Positions 48,647-58,510 of a stretch of 64,000 nt of DNA are shown piece by piece. The DNA is from Candidatus Multivoradales bacterium (GTDB taxonomy: Bacteria; Acidobacteriota; Thermoanaerobaculia; Multivoradales; JAHEKO01), in the NCBI GenBank assembly GCA_965223155.1, contig CBDCVR010000013.1, positions 576,001 to 640,000 on the forward strand, read 5' to 3'. The position numbers and the translations under genes are program-made. The notes under the pieces are model-generated. The model was not told the origin of the DNA. It was given only the letters and a program-made list of their open reading frames with translations, and ran no database searches. Every line of letters starts with the position of its first letter. Within the stretch, counting starts at the first letter, position 1.

Positions 48647-51213
48647 CTAGAGCCGCACGCGCCGGAGCCGGAGCGCGTTGCCGATCACCGAAACCGAGCT
48701 CAGGCTCATGGCCGCACTCGCCAGCATTGGCGACAGCAACCAACCCAGTACCGGATAGAGCGCGCCGGCAGCCACCGGAACGCTCAAGGTGTTGTAGGCA
48801 AACGCCAGGAACAAGTTCTGACGAACGTTGGTGAGGGTGGCCCGGCTCAACCGAACCGCCCGGGTCAATCCGTCGAGATCGCCGCCAGCAGAGTCACGCC
48901 CGCACTTTCCATCGCCACGTCGGTGCCGGTCCCCATGGCGATGCCGACGTCCGCCCGAGCCAGAGCGGGCGCGTCGTTGACTCCATCCCCGGCCATCGCG
49001 ACCACCCTTCCAGCCGCCTGCAACGTCTCCACGATCTCGAGCTTCTCCTCCGGAAGCCGCTCGGCCTCCACCCGCTCGATGCCCAGCCGCTCGGCCACCG
49101 CGGCCGCGGTCGCGGCGCCGTCACCGGTGACCATGACCGGTTCCAGGCCGAGCTCCCGGAGGGCGGCGAGACTTCCGGCGGCGCTTGCCTTGATCGGATC
49201 TCCGATGCCCAGAATCCCGGCCAGCTCGTCGTCCACGGCCACGAAGACCACGGTCAGGCCTTGGCCCCTCCAGGCGGCGACGCCGCCTACCGGCGCCGGA
49301 TCCACGCCCAGCTCGCGGCACCAGCGCTCGCTGCCCACGGCCACGCGCCGGCCGTTCACTCGCCCCTGGACGCCCCGCCCGGTCTCGGAGGCGAAGTCTT
49401 CGGCGACGAGGACGCCGGCGGCGCCTTCCCGCTCGGTTGCGGCGCGGACGATGGCCTGCCCGAGGGGATGCTCGCTCGCCCGCTCCACCGCCGCGGCCCA
49501 TCGCACCACCTCGTCCTGCGTCCAGCCCCCATGGGCCTCGACGCCCTCGACTTCCGGGCGGCCCTCGGTCAAGGTGCCGGTCTTGTCCAGTACAACCGTA
49601 TCGGCCTTGCCCAGGACCTCCAGGGCCTCGGCGTTCCGGATGAGGACGCCACTTTGAGCGCCTCTGCCGGTTCCGACCATGATCGACATCGGAGTCGCCA
49701 AGCCCAGTGCGCAGGGACAGGCGATGATGAGGACCGCGACCGCATTGACCAGCGCGGTCGTGAAGCTGGGCTCGGGACCCCAGAGCAGCCAGACCCCGAA
49801 GGTCACCGCCGCGACGGCCAGAACCGCGGGCACGAAGTAGCCCGCCACCCGGTCGGCCAGCCGCTGAATCGGCGCCCGCGAGCGTTGCGCCTCGGCCACC
49901 AGCGCGACGATTCGGGCCAGCAGGGTGTCGCCGCCGACGTGGCGGGCGGTCATCTGGAACGAACCGGCGCCGTTGACCGTGCCTCCGATCAAGGAGTCGC
50001 CCTGGGTCCGCCGTACCGGCACCGGCTCGCCGGTCACCATCGACTCGTCGACGTGGCTCTCGCCCGACAGCACGACGCCATCCACCGGTACCCGGTCGCC
50101 GGGCCGCACCAGCAGGCGGTCCCCCACGGCGACCTCGGCCAGCGGCACCTCGACGGCGGAACCGTCACTCCCGACCCGGCGAGCCACGGGAGGCGCCAGC
50201 TGCAAAAGCTCGCGCAGAGCGGCGGAGGTCTTGCCCCGCGCCTTCAACTCCAGCACCTGCCCCAGCAGAACCAGGGTCACGATCACCGCCGCCGCCTCGA
50301 AGTAGACCGGCAGCCCGCCCTCGTGTCCCCGCATCGAGGCCGGAAACAGGCCGGGAGCGGCGAGTGCCGCCAAGCTGTAGAGAAACGCCGCCCCGGTGCC
50401 CAGCGCGATCAGGGTAAACATGTTGAGCCGCCCCGTCCGGACCGACTGCCAGCCGCGCTCGAAGAAGGGCCAGCCCCCCCAGAGCACCACCGGCGCCGCC
50501 AGCACGAGCTGCGCCAGCGCGAACCAACGCCCCGGGAAGAGGCTTCGGACCGCAAGCCCGGGAACCATCTCGGACATCGCGAGCAGTAGCAGCGGCAGGC
50601 TGAGCGCGGCCGAGATCCAGAACCGGCGGCGCATGCTCACCAGCTCGGGACCCTCCGCGGGCGCCGCCTCGACCCGGCGCGCCTCCAGGGCCATGCCGCA
50701 GATCGGGCAGGCGCCGGGGCGCTCGGACACCACCTCGGGATGCATCGGACAGAAGAACTCGGCCGCGGGCACGTCGATCGCCGGCACCACCGGCTCCAGA
50801 GCCATGCCGCACTCGGGACACGCGCTCGGGCCCAGCGACTCGACCTCGGGATGCATCGGACAGGTGTGGAGGACGCCGGCGAGCTCGGCATCGGGCCTCC
50901 CGCGATCGTCGCCCGCCTTGGCGGGATCCGCCGCATCCAGATACCGGCCCGGCTCGAGCTCGAACTTCTGCAGGCAGGATTTGCAACAGAAACCGTACCG
51001 CTCGCCTTCGTGAACGGTCGCGTGCCGGGCGGCATCGAGGTCAACGGTCATGCCGCAAACCGGGTCGCGTGTCTGGCCGGCCCCGCGGCTGCCGCAGCAT
51101 CCGTGCTCCTCCGCTTGCTTCGTGACACTCATCGGTAGGGCTTCCTTGGACCTCTCTCTTGTTCGAGCGCCACCGGGGCGTAGGCCAGCGCGCTCGGACC
51201 TGCCTTCGTTCAA
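48647..51213 (-). pseudogene. copA: Cu(I)-translocating P1B ATPase, frameshifted near 48885 (true pseudogene or sequencing error)
   Basis: YHS domain (DPVCGM), two CPMHP motifs, TGEP, CPC, DKTGT, GDGVND. The last two TMs (AFAYN, MSLSS) lie in another frame (ORF 48647-48868). Confidence 0.88.
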
Positions 51214-51294
51214 CCGTCTCCTCCTCGCAACAGATCCGGCGCCGGCGTCATTCCCGGGCGCGCCGGCTTGACGACCCGAGCCTATCTGGAACTT

Positions 51295-51364
51295 CCGGTC
51301 CGGATCCTCCGATCTGGATCTTTCGGTCCGGATCGTCCGGTCCGCATCGTCCAGCCGACATCCT
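51295..51364. repeat. Degenerate 14-bp tandem repeat, 5 copies
   Basis: CCGGTCCGGATCCT / CCGATCTGGATCTT / TCGGTCCGGATCGT / CCGGTCCGCATCGT / CCAGCCGACATCCT. Confidence 0.8.
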
Positions 51365-51437
51365 CAGAGACCGGAGACCAATGCGGCTCCGCCGAGCGTA
51401 TAGACTTCGACCGCGCTTCAAGCGCTATGGAGGCATC

Positions 51438-53390
51438 ATGAATCTCGACCCAAAGTTCCCCCGGCGGTTCTCCGCCAAGTTCCGACCCTCGATCGCGCTG
51501 GCCGCGGCCGCGCTGGCGCTCGCCGGCGCCGTGGCGGCGGCCGAGACACCAGCCCCCGACGCCCTCGAGACGGTCGTCGTTCCCGCTACCGACCTGGGCG
51601 CGGACACCCTCGCCGCGCGCCGATCCCGGCAGGTCCAGTCGGCGGCGCACCTCGCGGTGCGCCACGACTTCCAATTCAGCGACCGCCGCGCCGAGAGCGG
51701 CATCGACTTCCGCAACCACGCGGTGCTGAACGCGGCCAAGCGCCACATGATGGTCCACTACGATCACGGCAATGGCATCGCGGTCGCCGACGTGGACGGC
51801 GACGAGCGCCTGGACGTCTATTTCGTCAATCAGGTCGGCGGCAACCAGCTCTGGCGCAATCTGGGCGAGGGTCGTTTCGAGAACGTCACCGAGGGGGCGG
51901 GAGTGGCGGTCGCCGACCGCATCTCGGTGAGCGCTTCGTTCGCCGACGTTGACAACGACGGCGACGCCGACCTCTACGTAACGACCGTGCGGCAGGGCAA
52001 CCTGCTCTTCTTGAACGACGGCCGGGGCGTCTTCACCGACGCCACCGAGGGTTCAGGAGTCGGATATGTGGGGCACTCGTCAGCGGCCACGTTCCTGGAC
52101 TTCGACCTCGACGGTGATCTCGATCTGCTGCTCGCCAACGTCGGCCAGTACACCATCGACACGGTCCTTCCAGATGGTTCCTTCCAGGGCATCGACGACG
52201 CCTTCGGCGGCCACCTCGACCGGACCCGGCACGAACGCAGCCTGCTCTTTCGCGGCGATGGAACCGGCCACTTCGAGGACGCCACCGATGCCACCGGACT
52301 GATCGACTTCGGCTGGACCGGGGACGCCACCTTCACCGACGTCAACGGCGACCGATTCCCGGATCTCTACCTTCTCAACATGCAGGGCGACGATCACTTC
52401 TACCAGAACCAGGGGGGAACGCGTTTCGAGGAGGTCACCTCCGACTTTTTCCCCAAGACCCCTTGGGGAACGATGGGGATCAAGTTCTTTGACTACAACA
52501 ACGACGGCCGTCAGGATCTTTACCTCACCGACATGCACTCGGACATGGTCGAGGTGGTCGAGCCCGAGCGCGAGAAGCTGAAGGCGGTCATGACCTGGAC
52601 CGACGAGCATCTGCAAGGAGGCGACGACAACCTCTTCGGAAACGGCTTCTACGAGCGCCAGGCCGACGGCTCCTTTGAAGAGATCTCGGATCTCGTCGGC
52701 GCCGAGAACTTCTGGCCCTGGGGTCTGAGCGTCGGCGACCTCAACGCCGACGGCTTCGAAGACGCCTTCGTCACCTCATCGATGAACTACCCCTTCCGGT
52801 ACGGCATCAACTCGCTGCTCTTGAACGACGCCGGCCGACGCTTCGTGGACGCCGAGTTCCTCCTGGGGGTCGAGCCCCGCGCCGACCAGCGCATTCGCCG
52901 CGAGTGGTTTCGGGCGGATTGCGGAGGCGACGACGACGAACACCCCGCCTGCCAGGAAAGCTCGGGGCCGATCTCGGTCCTGGGCAACCTCGGTACCCGC
53001 TCCTCGGCTCTGTTCGACTTGGACGGTGACGGCGACTTGGACATCGTCACCAACGAGTTCCACTCGGAGCCCCAGGTCCTGATCAGCGACCTCGCCCAGA
53101 AGCACGAGGTGCACTTCGTCGAGATCGAGCTGGTCGGCAGCGCCTCGAACCGCGACGGGTTGGGGGCCTCGGTCACGGTCATCGCTGGCGATGAGACCTG
53201 GACCCGCTACGCGGACGGCAAGTCCGGCTACCTCTCCCAGAGCCGGATGCCCCTCTATTTCGGACTCGGAGGCCACGACGGCATCGATTCGATCCGAGTC
53301 GATTGGCCCTCGGGCCGCTCGCAGATCCTGACCCAGGACCTCGCCATCGACCGCCGCATCCAGGTCGTCGAGCCGACGGGTTCCGGCTAG
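51438..53390 (+). CDS. CRTAC1-like FG-GAP repeat / ASPIC-UnbV protein, exported
   Basis: Signal peptide, repeated D.D.DG..DL motifs, C-terminal NRDGLGA...SGYLSQS..LYFGLG...WPSG. Confidence 0.9.
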   Translation: MNLDPKFPRRFSAKFRPSIALAAAALALAGAVAAAETPAPDALETVVVPATDLGADTLAARRSRQVQSAAHLAVRHDFQFSDRRAESGIDFRNHAVLNAAKRHMMVHYDHGNGIAVADVDGDERLDVYFVNQVGGNQLWRNLGEGRFENVTEGAGVAVADRISVSASFADVDNDGDADLYVTTVRQGNLLFLNDGRGVFTDATEGSGVGYVGHSSAATFLDFDLDGDLDLLLANVGQYTIDTVLPDGSFQGIDDAFGGHLDRTRHERSLLFRGDGTGHFEDATDATGLIDFGWTGDATFTDVNGDRFPDLYLLNMQGDDHFYQNQGGTRFEEVTSDFFPKTPWGTMGIKFFDYNNDGRQDLYLTDMHSDMVEVVEPEREKLKAVMTWTDEHLQGGDDNLFGNGFYERQADGSFEEISDLVGAENFWPWGLSVGDLNADGFEDAFVTSSMNYPFRYGINSLLLNDAGRRFVDAEFLLGVEPRADQRIRREWFRADCGGDDDEHPACQESSGPISVLGNLGTRSSALFDLDGDGDLDIVTNEFHSEPQVLISDLAQKHEVHFVEIELVGSASNRDGLGASVTVIAGDETWTRYADGKSGYLSQSRMPLYFGLGGHDGIDSIRVDWPSGRSQILTQDLAIDRRIQVVEPTGSG

Positions 53391-53419
53391 GAAGCGTCCA
53401 GCGCGGATCGGCCGGCGGA

Positions 53420-53926
53420 TCAGGCGTCCGAGCGGGCCCTCGCGCGGGCCGCGGGCACCTGCCGGACGACCTCCGCGAGAAACGCCTCGGGCGGATTCGG
53501 ACTCACCACCCACGTCCGGTCGGGAAACCTCAGCACAACCGCATCGGTGCGGTTCGTCATCCAGGCCCGGTACCGGCCCAGCTCCCGGTTCCAGAACAGA
53601 CCGCTGAACGAGAACAAACCGCCGTTGCCCAAGAGCCTCAAGGACTTCGCCACGGCCTCTGGCGCCCACTCCGCCGACTCGAGCTCGGACAGGTCGAGCT
53701 CCGTCGTCCAGAGCAAGCGCTCCACGAGCACGTGCCGTTCCCGGAGGCGGTACCCGCGGACGGTGAAGAGGGCGCAGACACCGACCACGGCCAGAGGCAG
53801 GAGACCCAGCAGACGGACTTCGCCGGGCAGTCGCGTAGAGAGTCCCACCGCTACCGCGAGCGAAAGTCCGGTCACGAGCACGGAGACCGCGATCAGGGAT
53901 CGGCTCGAGTGGGCCGCGTAGCGCAC
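53420..53926 (-). CDS. Bacterial PH-domain membrane protein
   Basis: Two TMs followed by SLRLLGNGGLFSFSG and VVSP..PE.F. Confidence 0.75.
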   Translation of the reverse strand: MRYAAHSSRSLIAVSVLVTGLSLAVAVGLSTRLPGEVRLLGLLPLAVVGVCALFTVRGYRLRERHVLVERLLWTTELDLSELESAEWAPEAVAKSLRLLGNGGLFSFSGLFWNRELGRYRAWMTNRTDAVVLRFPDRTWVVSPNPPEAFLAEVVRQVPAARARARSDA

Positions 53927-54086
53927 GCCCCGATTCTATCCGCCCAAGCTCCGCACCCGGTCCCTAGAGGCTTGCCGCTCGGGCCAAGTCGTGCTGCAGC
54001 AGGCCGCAGCCTGTCGCAGCATGTGCAGGCTACAATCGAGCGCGCACGATTCCTACGTTTCCACTCGAACGACGAAAGGCGGCCCG

Positions 54087-54467
54087 ATGAACACCGATCT
54101 GGGGCTTCTGTTTCTCCGCGTCACCACCGGCTTCCTGATACTGACCCACGGCTGGGGCAAGGTTGCCAAGCTAGTCTCCGGAGACTTCTCGTTTCCGGAT
54201 CCCCTGGGCATCGGCGGCGCCCCGAGTCTGTTCTTGGCCGCGGCCGCCGAGTTCGGCTGCGCTCTCCTGGTGATCGCCGGAGTGAAGGTCCGATGGGCGG
54301 CGATTCCCCTGGTCATCACGATGCTGGTGGCAGCCTTCGGCCACCACGCCGCCGATCCGTGGGCCAAGAAGGAGTTCCCCCTGCTCTACGCCGTCGTCTT
54401 CGCGGCCCTGATCCTGACCGGCCCCGGGCGGCACACCCTGCCCGCTCTCTTGAAGAAAAGCGAGTAG
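54087..54467 (+). CDS. DoxX family membrane protein
   Basis: GLLFLR, HGWGK, FPDPLG, AEF, TMLVA, GPG. Confidence 0.92.
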   Translation: MNTDLGLLFLRVTTGFLILTHGWGKVAKLVSGDFSFPDPLGIGGAPSLFLAAAAEFGCALLVIAGVKVRWAAIPLVITMLVAAFGHHAADPWAKKEFPLLYAVVFAALILTGPGRHTLPALLKKSE

Positions 54468-54489
54468 CCGGCCGCCGGCGCGGCTACTC
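54462..54489. terminator. Perfect 9-bp inverted repeat that includes both convergent stop codons
   Basis: GAGTAGCCG-10 nt-CGGCTACTC between doxX and the TPR gene. Confidence 0.5.
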
Positions 54490-56079
54490 CTGGCTCCCGG
54501 AGGACCGGGAAGACCGGTCCGCCAGCTTGGCTTCGACCTCGGCGGCCGTTACCTCATCTCCCGACATCCGAGCCGCCCGCATCAGTCCCACCAGCGCCGC
54601 CGTCCGTCCCGGAGTGCGCTCGAGTTGGCGCTCGAAGGCAACACGCGCCTCGGCCGCCTCGCCTCCCTCGAGAAGCAGCTCGCCGAAAAGCTCCCAGGCC
54701 GGCTTGGGCAGAGTCGGGGGCCCAAAGGCGAAGGGCAGATCGTCCTCGAGCTCCGCCGCTTTCCGCAGCATCTCCAGGGCCCTCGAGCGCTCCCCGGCGG
54801 CAGCAGCCGCGAGAGCTCCCGCTATCCCCCGGGCCACCTTCCAGCCGCCTTCACGCGCCCACTGGCGGGTAGGCTGGTAGGCATCGACCTTGCCGACCGC
54901 CTCGGCCAACGCCTCCGCGTCGTTCCGGCTCCTCGCCATCAGGGCCTCGGTCAACGCGGTGGCACCCGCGCCGGCCGAAGACGCGGAAGCGTCCTCGGGT
55001 AGGCTCCAGCGCTCCAGAGCCGCGACGTCTCCGGCATCCACGGCGTAGCGAGCCCGCATCATGCGGAAGTGCCAAATCTCGCCGTCGTCCGGACGATCGC
55101 GAACCCGCTCCTGGCAGGCGTCGAGGACCTCGGCGGCTCGCTCTGGCTGGCCGTGCTGCAGGTAGCCGTACAGCAACCAGTACGGGTAGTGCGAGCATAG
55201 CCGCGGCCTCTTCCCCAGCTCGGCGAGGCGGGCGTTCTGGACGTCCCGCGCAGCGATGTTGGCGTCGATCACTTCCTGCCAGTACCCCAGGGCCACGAAG
55301 ATGTGCGAGGTCATGTGCTGGGCGTGGGCCGCGGCCGGCGCGATCCGAGCGTAGACCCGAGCCATCGGCAAGCCCAGCGGGGCATGCACGGGATCGTCGT
55401 ACGAATGGATCAGGTAGTGCGCCGCACCGGGGTGCTCCCGGTTGCGCTCCCAAACCTCATCGGCCACCGCCGCCGCTCGCATGTAGGTCGCGAAGTCGCG
55501 ACCGCCATGGGCGGCACCCAGGATCGAGAGGGCGTAGAAGGCGCGCGCCTCCAGGTCCTCGGGATTGCTCTCCACGAGCCGGCGCATCGCCTCCCGGTAG
55601 CGGACGTCCCGTTCTTCCTTGGGCAGGGAGTCGGTCTCCGGGGCAGTGCCGAAGAGCGTCTCCGCCGCGGCAAGATAGCCTCGCTCTCGCTCGGTCGCCG
55701 CCCGAGCCGCGCGGGCTTCGGCGGTGGCGTCCAGGCTCTCCAACACGGTCCGCGCCGCGGCTCGATCCTGCTGGGACCAGAGCGGGTGGTTGTGGGTCAT
55801 GGCTTCGCCCCAGTACGCCAGAACGAAGTCCGGATCGATCGCGCGCGCCGCCCGGAATCGCCGGGCGGCATCCTCGTACTCGAAATTATGGAGATAGAGG
55901 ACGCCCTCCACGAACTCGTCCTGGGCCTCCTCGGCGCCCGAGTTCGGAAAGGAGATCTTGCCCAAGAGCTGGGCCTCGATGGGCGCCACCGCCGGGATCA
56001 GAAGGCCCACCGCGACAAGCAGAACCGCCGCGATCCGGCGAGCGCGGGACAACGGCCGGGAACCAGCAACAACTGTCAC
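54484..56079 (-). CDS. Exported TPR-repeat protein
   Basis: Signal peptide, LGKISFPNS, AYWGEAM, HPGAAHYLIHSYD, HAQHMTSHIF, helical repeats. Confidence 0.82.
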   Translation of the reverse strand: MTVVAGSRPLSRARRIAAVLLVAVGLLIPAVAPIEAQLLGKISFPNSGAEEAQDEFVEGVLYLHNFEYEDAARRFRAARAIDPDFVLAYWGEAMTHNHPLWSQQDRAAARTVLESLDATAEARAARAATERERGYLAAAETLFGTAPETDSLPKEERDVRYREAMRRLVESNPEDLEARAFYALSILGAAHGGRDFATYMRAAAVADEVWERNREHPGAAHYLIHSYDDPVHAPLGLPMARVYARIAPAAAHAQHMTSHIFVALGYWQEVIDANIAARDVQNARLAELGKRPRLCSHYPYWLLYGYLQHGQPERAAEVLDACQERVRDRPDDGEIWHFRMMRARYAVDAGDVAALERWSLPEDASASSAGAGATALTEALMARSRNDAEALAEAVGKVDAYQPTRQWAREGGWKVARGIAGALAAAAAGERSRALEMLRKAAELEDDLPFAFGPPTLPKPAWELFGELLLEGGEAAEARVAFERQLERTPGRTAALVGLMRAARMSGDEVTAAEVEAKLADRSSRSSGSQE

Positions 56080-56615
56080 TCTGAGCTCCTCTCGGTTGCA
56101 CCCGCGCCCTCGGTGGCTGTCTCGACGGCGGGGGCGGGCCCGGCAGCGATGCATTCCAGCTCGACCCGAGCTCCCAGGGCCAGCCCGGAGACTCCCATGG
56201 CGCTTCGGGCCGGCAGGTTGCTCTCAAAATAGGAACTGTAGACGGTATTGAATGTGGGCCATTCACCGATGTCGGCGAGCATCGCCGTGCACTTGACCAG
56301 GTCTTCCGGGGTCAAGCCCTGGCGGGCCAGGGCGGCGGTCATGTTGGCGAAGATCTGGCGAGTTTCGGCCTCGATGCCTCCCGGCGCCAGAGCCAGGCCG
56401 GCAGTCCCGGACGCGCCGGAGTCCCAGACCACGCCGATCTGTCCGGACAGGAAGACCAGCTCGCCGACCCGGACCGACTCCGAAAACGGCAGCCCGTCGC
56501 GGCCGGGGATGGGTTGGTAGACGACGTCGCCTCCGACCGCCACCGGTGCCGGCCAGGCGCCGGCGCCCAGGATGATGGCCGTCAGGATTGTCCGCAGGGT
56601 TGCTCTCTTCATCAT
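56076..56615 (-). CDS. RidA/YjgF family protein with N-terminal signal peptide
   Basis: PFSE, LSGQIG, FNTVY..YF..PARS, VELEC; GAGG SD. Confidence 0.88.
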   Translation of the reverse strand: MMKRATLRTILTAIILGAGAWPAPVAVGGDVVYQPIPGRDGLPFSESVRVGELVFLSGQIGVVWDSGASGTAGLALAPGGIEAETRQIFANMTAALARQGLTPEDLVKCTAMLADIGEWPTFNTVYSSYFESNLPARSAMGVSGLALGARVELECIAAGPAPAVETATEGAGATERSSE

Positions 56616-56620
56616 TCCTC

Positions 56621-57172
56621 CTAATCCGAACCGTCGGCGTGCCGCCGGCGGATGCGCTCCAGTTGCGCCAGGTGAATCAAGTCGTGACCGGCATAGAGGC
56701 GCAGCATCTCGGTGAGGGACTCGCGCCCGCGCTCGTCGTGGCGTCCGCTTCGAGCCAGCTCGTCGGCATCCAGGCTCTCGAGCAGCGCCAGGTTCCGCTC
56801 TCGCTGGAAGCGAAAACGCCGCAAGTACTCGTCCGCGTGCCCTTCCCGGTACCGCAATCGCTGGGCCCAGCGGTCCTGGTCGAAGCCGTTGAGCACCGGA
56901 TCCCGCTCGGCGAGGACGACCCGCATCCGGTATGCCCAGACCAGCTCCCCGTCCGCCAGGTGGCCGAGCACCTCGAGCATCGACCACTTGCCTTCGGCTT
57001 CGGGCCGGCGCAGGGTTTCGTCGCTCGACCCGCCCACGATCTCTTCGAGAGCCCGGCTGGTGGCGGCCAGAATCTCGAGCGGATCTCGGCCGCCGACCAA
57101 GTCGTTGACGGCGGTGACGTACGCCTCCGCGCCTTCTACGGCACCAACCTGGCGATTCGAGAACACCGACAT
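56621..57172 (-). CDS. DinB-family protein
   Basis: GKWS..EVLGHLAD.E, FDQDRWA, AGHDLIHL.Q. Confidence 0.9.
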   Translation of the reverse strand: MSVFSNRQVGAVEGAEAYVTAVNDLVGGRDPLEILAATSRALEEIVGGSSDETLRRPEAEGKWSMLEVLGHLADGELVWAYRMRVVLAERDPVLNGFDQDRWAQRLRYREGHADEYLRRFRFQRERNLALLESLDADELARSGRHDERGRESLTEMLRLYAGHDLIHLAQLERIRRRHADGSD

Positions 57173-57244
57173 GTCATTTCTCGCAAACGGGGTCGGGCCT
57201 TGGCATCTTAGCCGATCCTCTCGGACTCATCGCGGCACTCGCTA

Positions 57245-57643
57245 TCAACGTTCGCTCCGGATCCAGCTCGCGACCAGCAACAAGGCGACACCGATGGCCA
57301 AGACCTGGATGCCGAAAGGGCTCAGGCCCGACGGTCCGCCGAAGCTCCCGGTTTCCAGGACGAAAGCTCCAAGAAGGAGGAGGGGCGCAGCGAGCACCAG
57401 GATCGAGCCGACCAGGGACAGCCAGCGCAAGTGGCCCTCGAAGCGAGCCAGGCCGAGCGCACCGTTCACCAGGGCCGCCGCCAGCAGATAGATATGCCGC
57501 GAACGAAACAGCATGCGCAGCCCCCGCTCGAGCTCGTCCATCGCCGGATCGTGCCGGCGCATGTACCAGCCAGTGGCGGCAACGGCAAAGAAGGCCACCC
57601 AGCCCACGAGAGCGTGAGCTTGCGCCCTCCTCGGCAGCCTCAT
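57245..57643 (-). CDS. Hypothetical 4-TM membrane protein
   Basis: Four hydrophobic segments, H...G and TGWYM, RSRHIYLL; ATGA overlap with the upstream gene. Confidence 0.7.
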   Translation of the reverse strand: MRLPRRAQAHALVGWVAFFAVAATGWYMRRHDPAMDELERGLRMLFRSRHIYLLAAALVNGALGLARFEGHLRWLSLVGSILVLAAPLLLLGAFVLETGSFGGPSGLSPFGIQVLAIGVALLLVASWIRSER

Positions 57644-58488
57644 GGCTCCACGACCCAAGCCTCCGGCGGTGCGTCCGACCGGACCGCTGCCCAGTAGGCC
57701 AAGGAAAATCCGGCCCTGGGCGGCAAGGGGCCCGCATCCGCGCCCAGCGGCCGGTAGCCGACCGCTCGGGCCGCAGAGTCTCCAAAGAGGCAGTTGAAAA
57801 CGGTCGGGACGTGCTCGCTCCCCCGGTGCGGAGCCAGGGCCGCCGCCACGGCTTCTCGCTCGTCGGGTGCGAGCTCGGGCAGGTCTGGTGGGGCACCGTG
57901 GGGCGAAGCGAACCGCAGGGCCCGACCTTCCTGGACCATCCGCTCCTCCAGCGTCCTTGGGAACCCATGCCGGACCAGATGCGCGGTCCGGTAGCAGGCC
58001 CGCAGAACCTCGAGCCGGGTCACGTCGGATTCGACCGGCTCCGCGGTCCAAAGCAAAACCGCGCCCCAGCCCCGCGCCAACTCGCCCCGGGGCGCGAACA
58101 GGTGCTCGAACTCCATTTGGTGGCGCTGGGTCCAGCCACCGCCGAGGTCGTCGGCCAGAACGAAGCCGAACCCGAACCCGTCGAGAGCGGCGCCGAGACG
58201 AGCCGCCGCCTGGGCGTGTGCTTCGCGGCCGAGTTCTTCGAAGGACCGGCCCAGAAGCTCGTCCAGCCTGGCCGGGACATGCTCCTTGCCCATGGGATTG
58301 AATCGACTGAGCGGCAGGGCCAGATCGCCGCGATCGTCGGTCAGGATCCTCAGGTACTCCTGGAAGCGTGCTCGCGGCTCGTCAAGGTCGTAGAGCCGGC
58401 GCTGCGCCTCGAGCAGCGACACCCACACCGAGGCCGCGACCGGGCCTCCAGAGCGCGCCGCCTCCTTCAAGGGGCTCTCCAAGAGCAT
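57640..58488 (-). CDS. Hypothetical protein
   Basis: Protein-like composition; motifs NPMGKEHV, DDLGGGWT, QEG, FGD.AA...GY.PLG. Confidence 0.7.
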   Translation of the reverse strand: MLLESPLKEAARSGGPVAASVWVSLLEAQRRLYDLDEPRARFQEYLRILTDDRGDLALPLSRFNPMGKEHVPARLDELLGRSFEELGREAHAQAAARLGAALDGFGFGFVLADDLGGGWTQRHQMEFEHLFAPRGELARGWGAVLLWTAEPVESDVTRLEVLRACYRTAHLVRHGFPRTLEERMVQEGRALRFASPHGAPPDLPELAPDEREAVAAALAPHRGSEHVPTVFNCLFGDSAARAVGYRPLGADAGPLPPRAGFSLAYWAAVRSDAPPEAWVVEP

Positions 58489-58510
58489 CGCGGAATGATA
58501 CCTTTCCGCC

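Noticed and set aside
48647-48868. 73-aa ORF as an independent gene
   Set aside because: It is the out-of-frame C-terminus of CopA.
48865-48900. Programmed ribosomal frameshift like the E. coli copA/CopA(Z) case
   Set aside because: That event is near the N-terminus at a slippery heptamer. Here the break is C-terminal with no slippery site.
51295-51364. Repeat array as a CRISPR
   Set aside because: Units are 14 bp, contiguous and spacer-less, and there are no cas genes.
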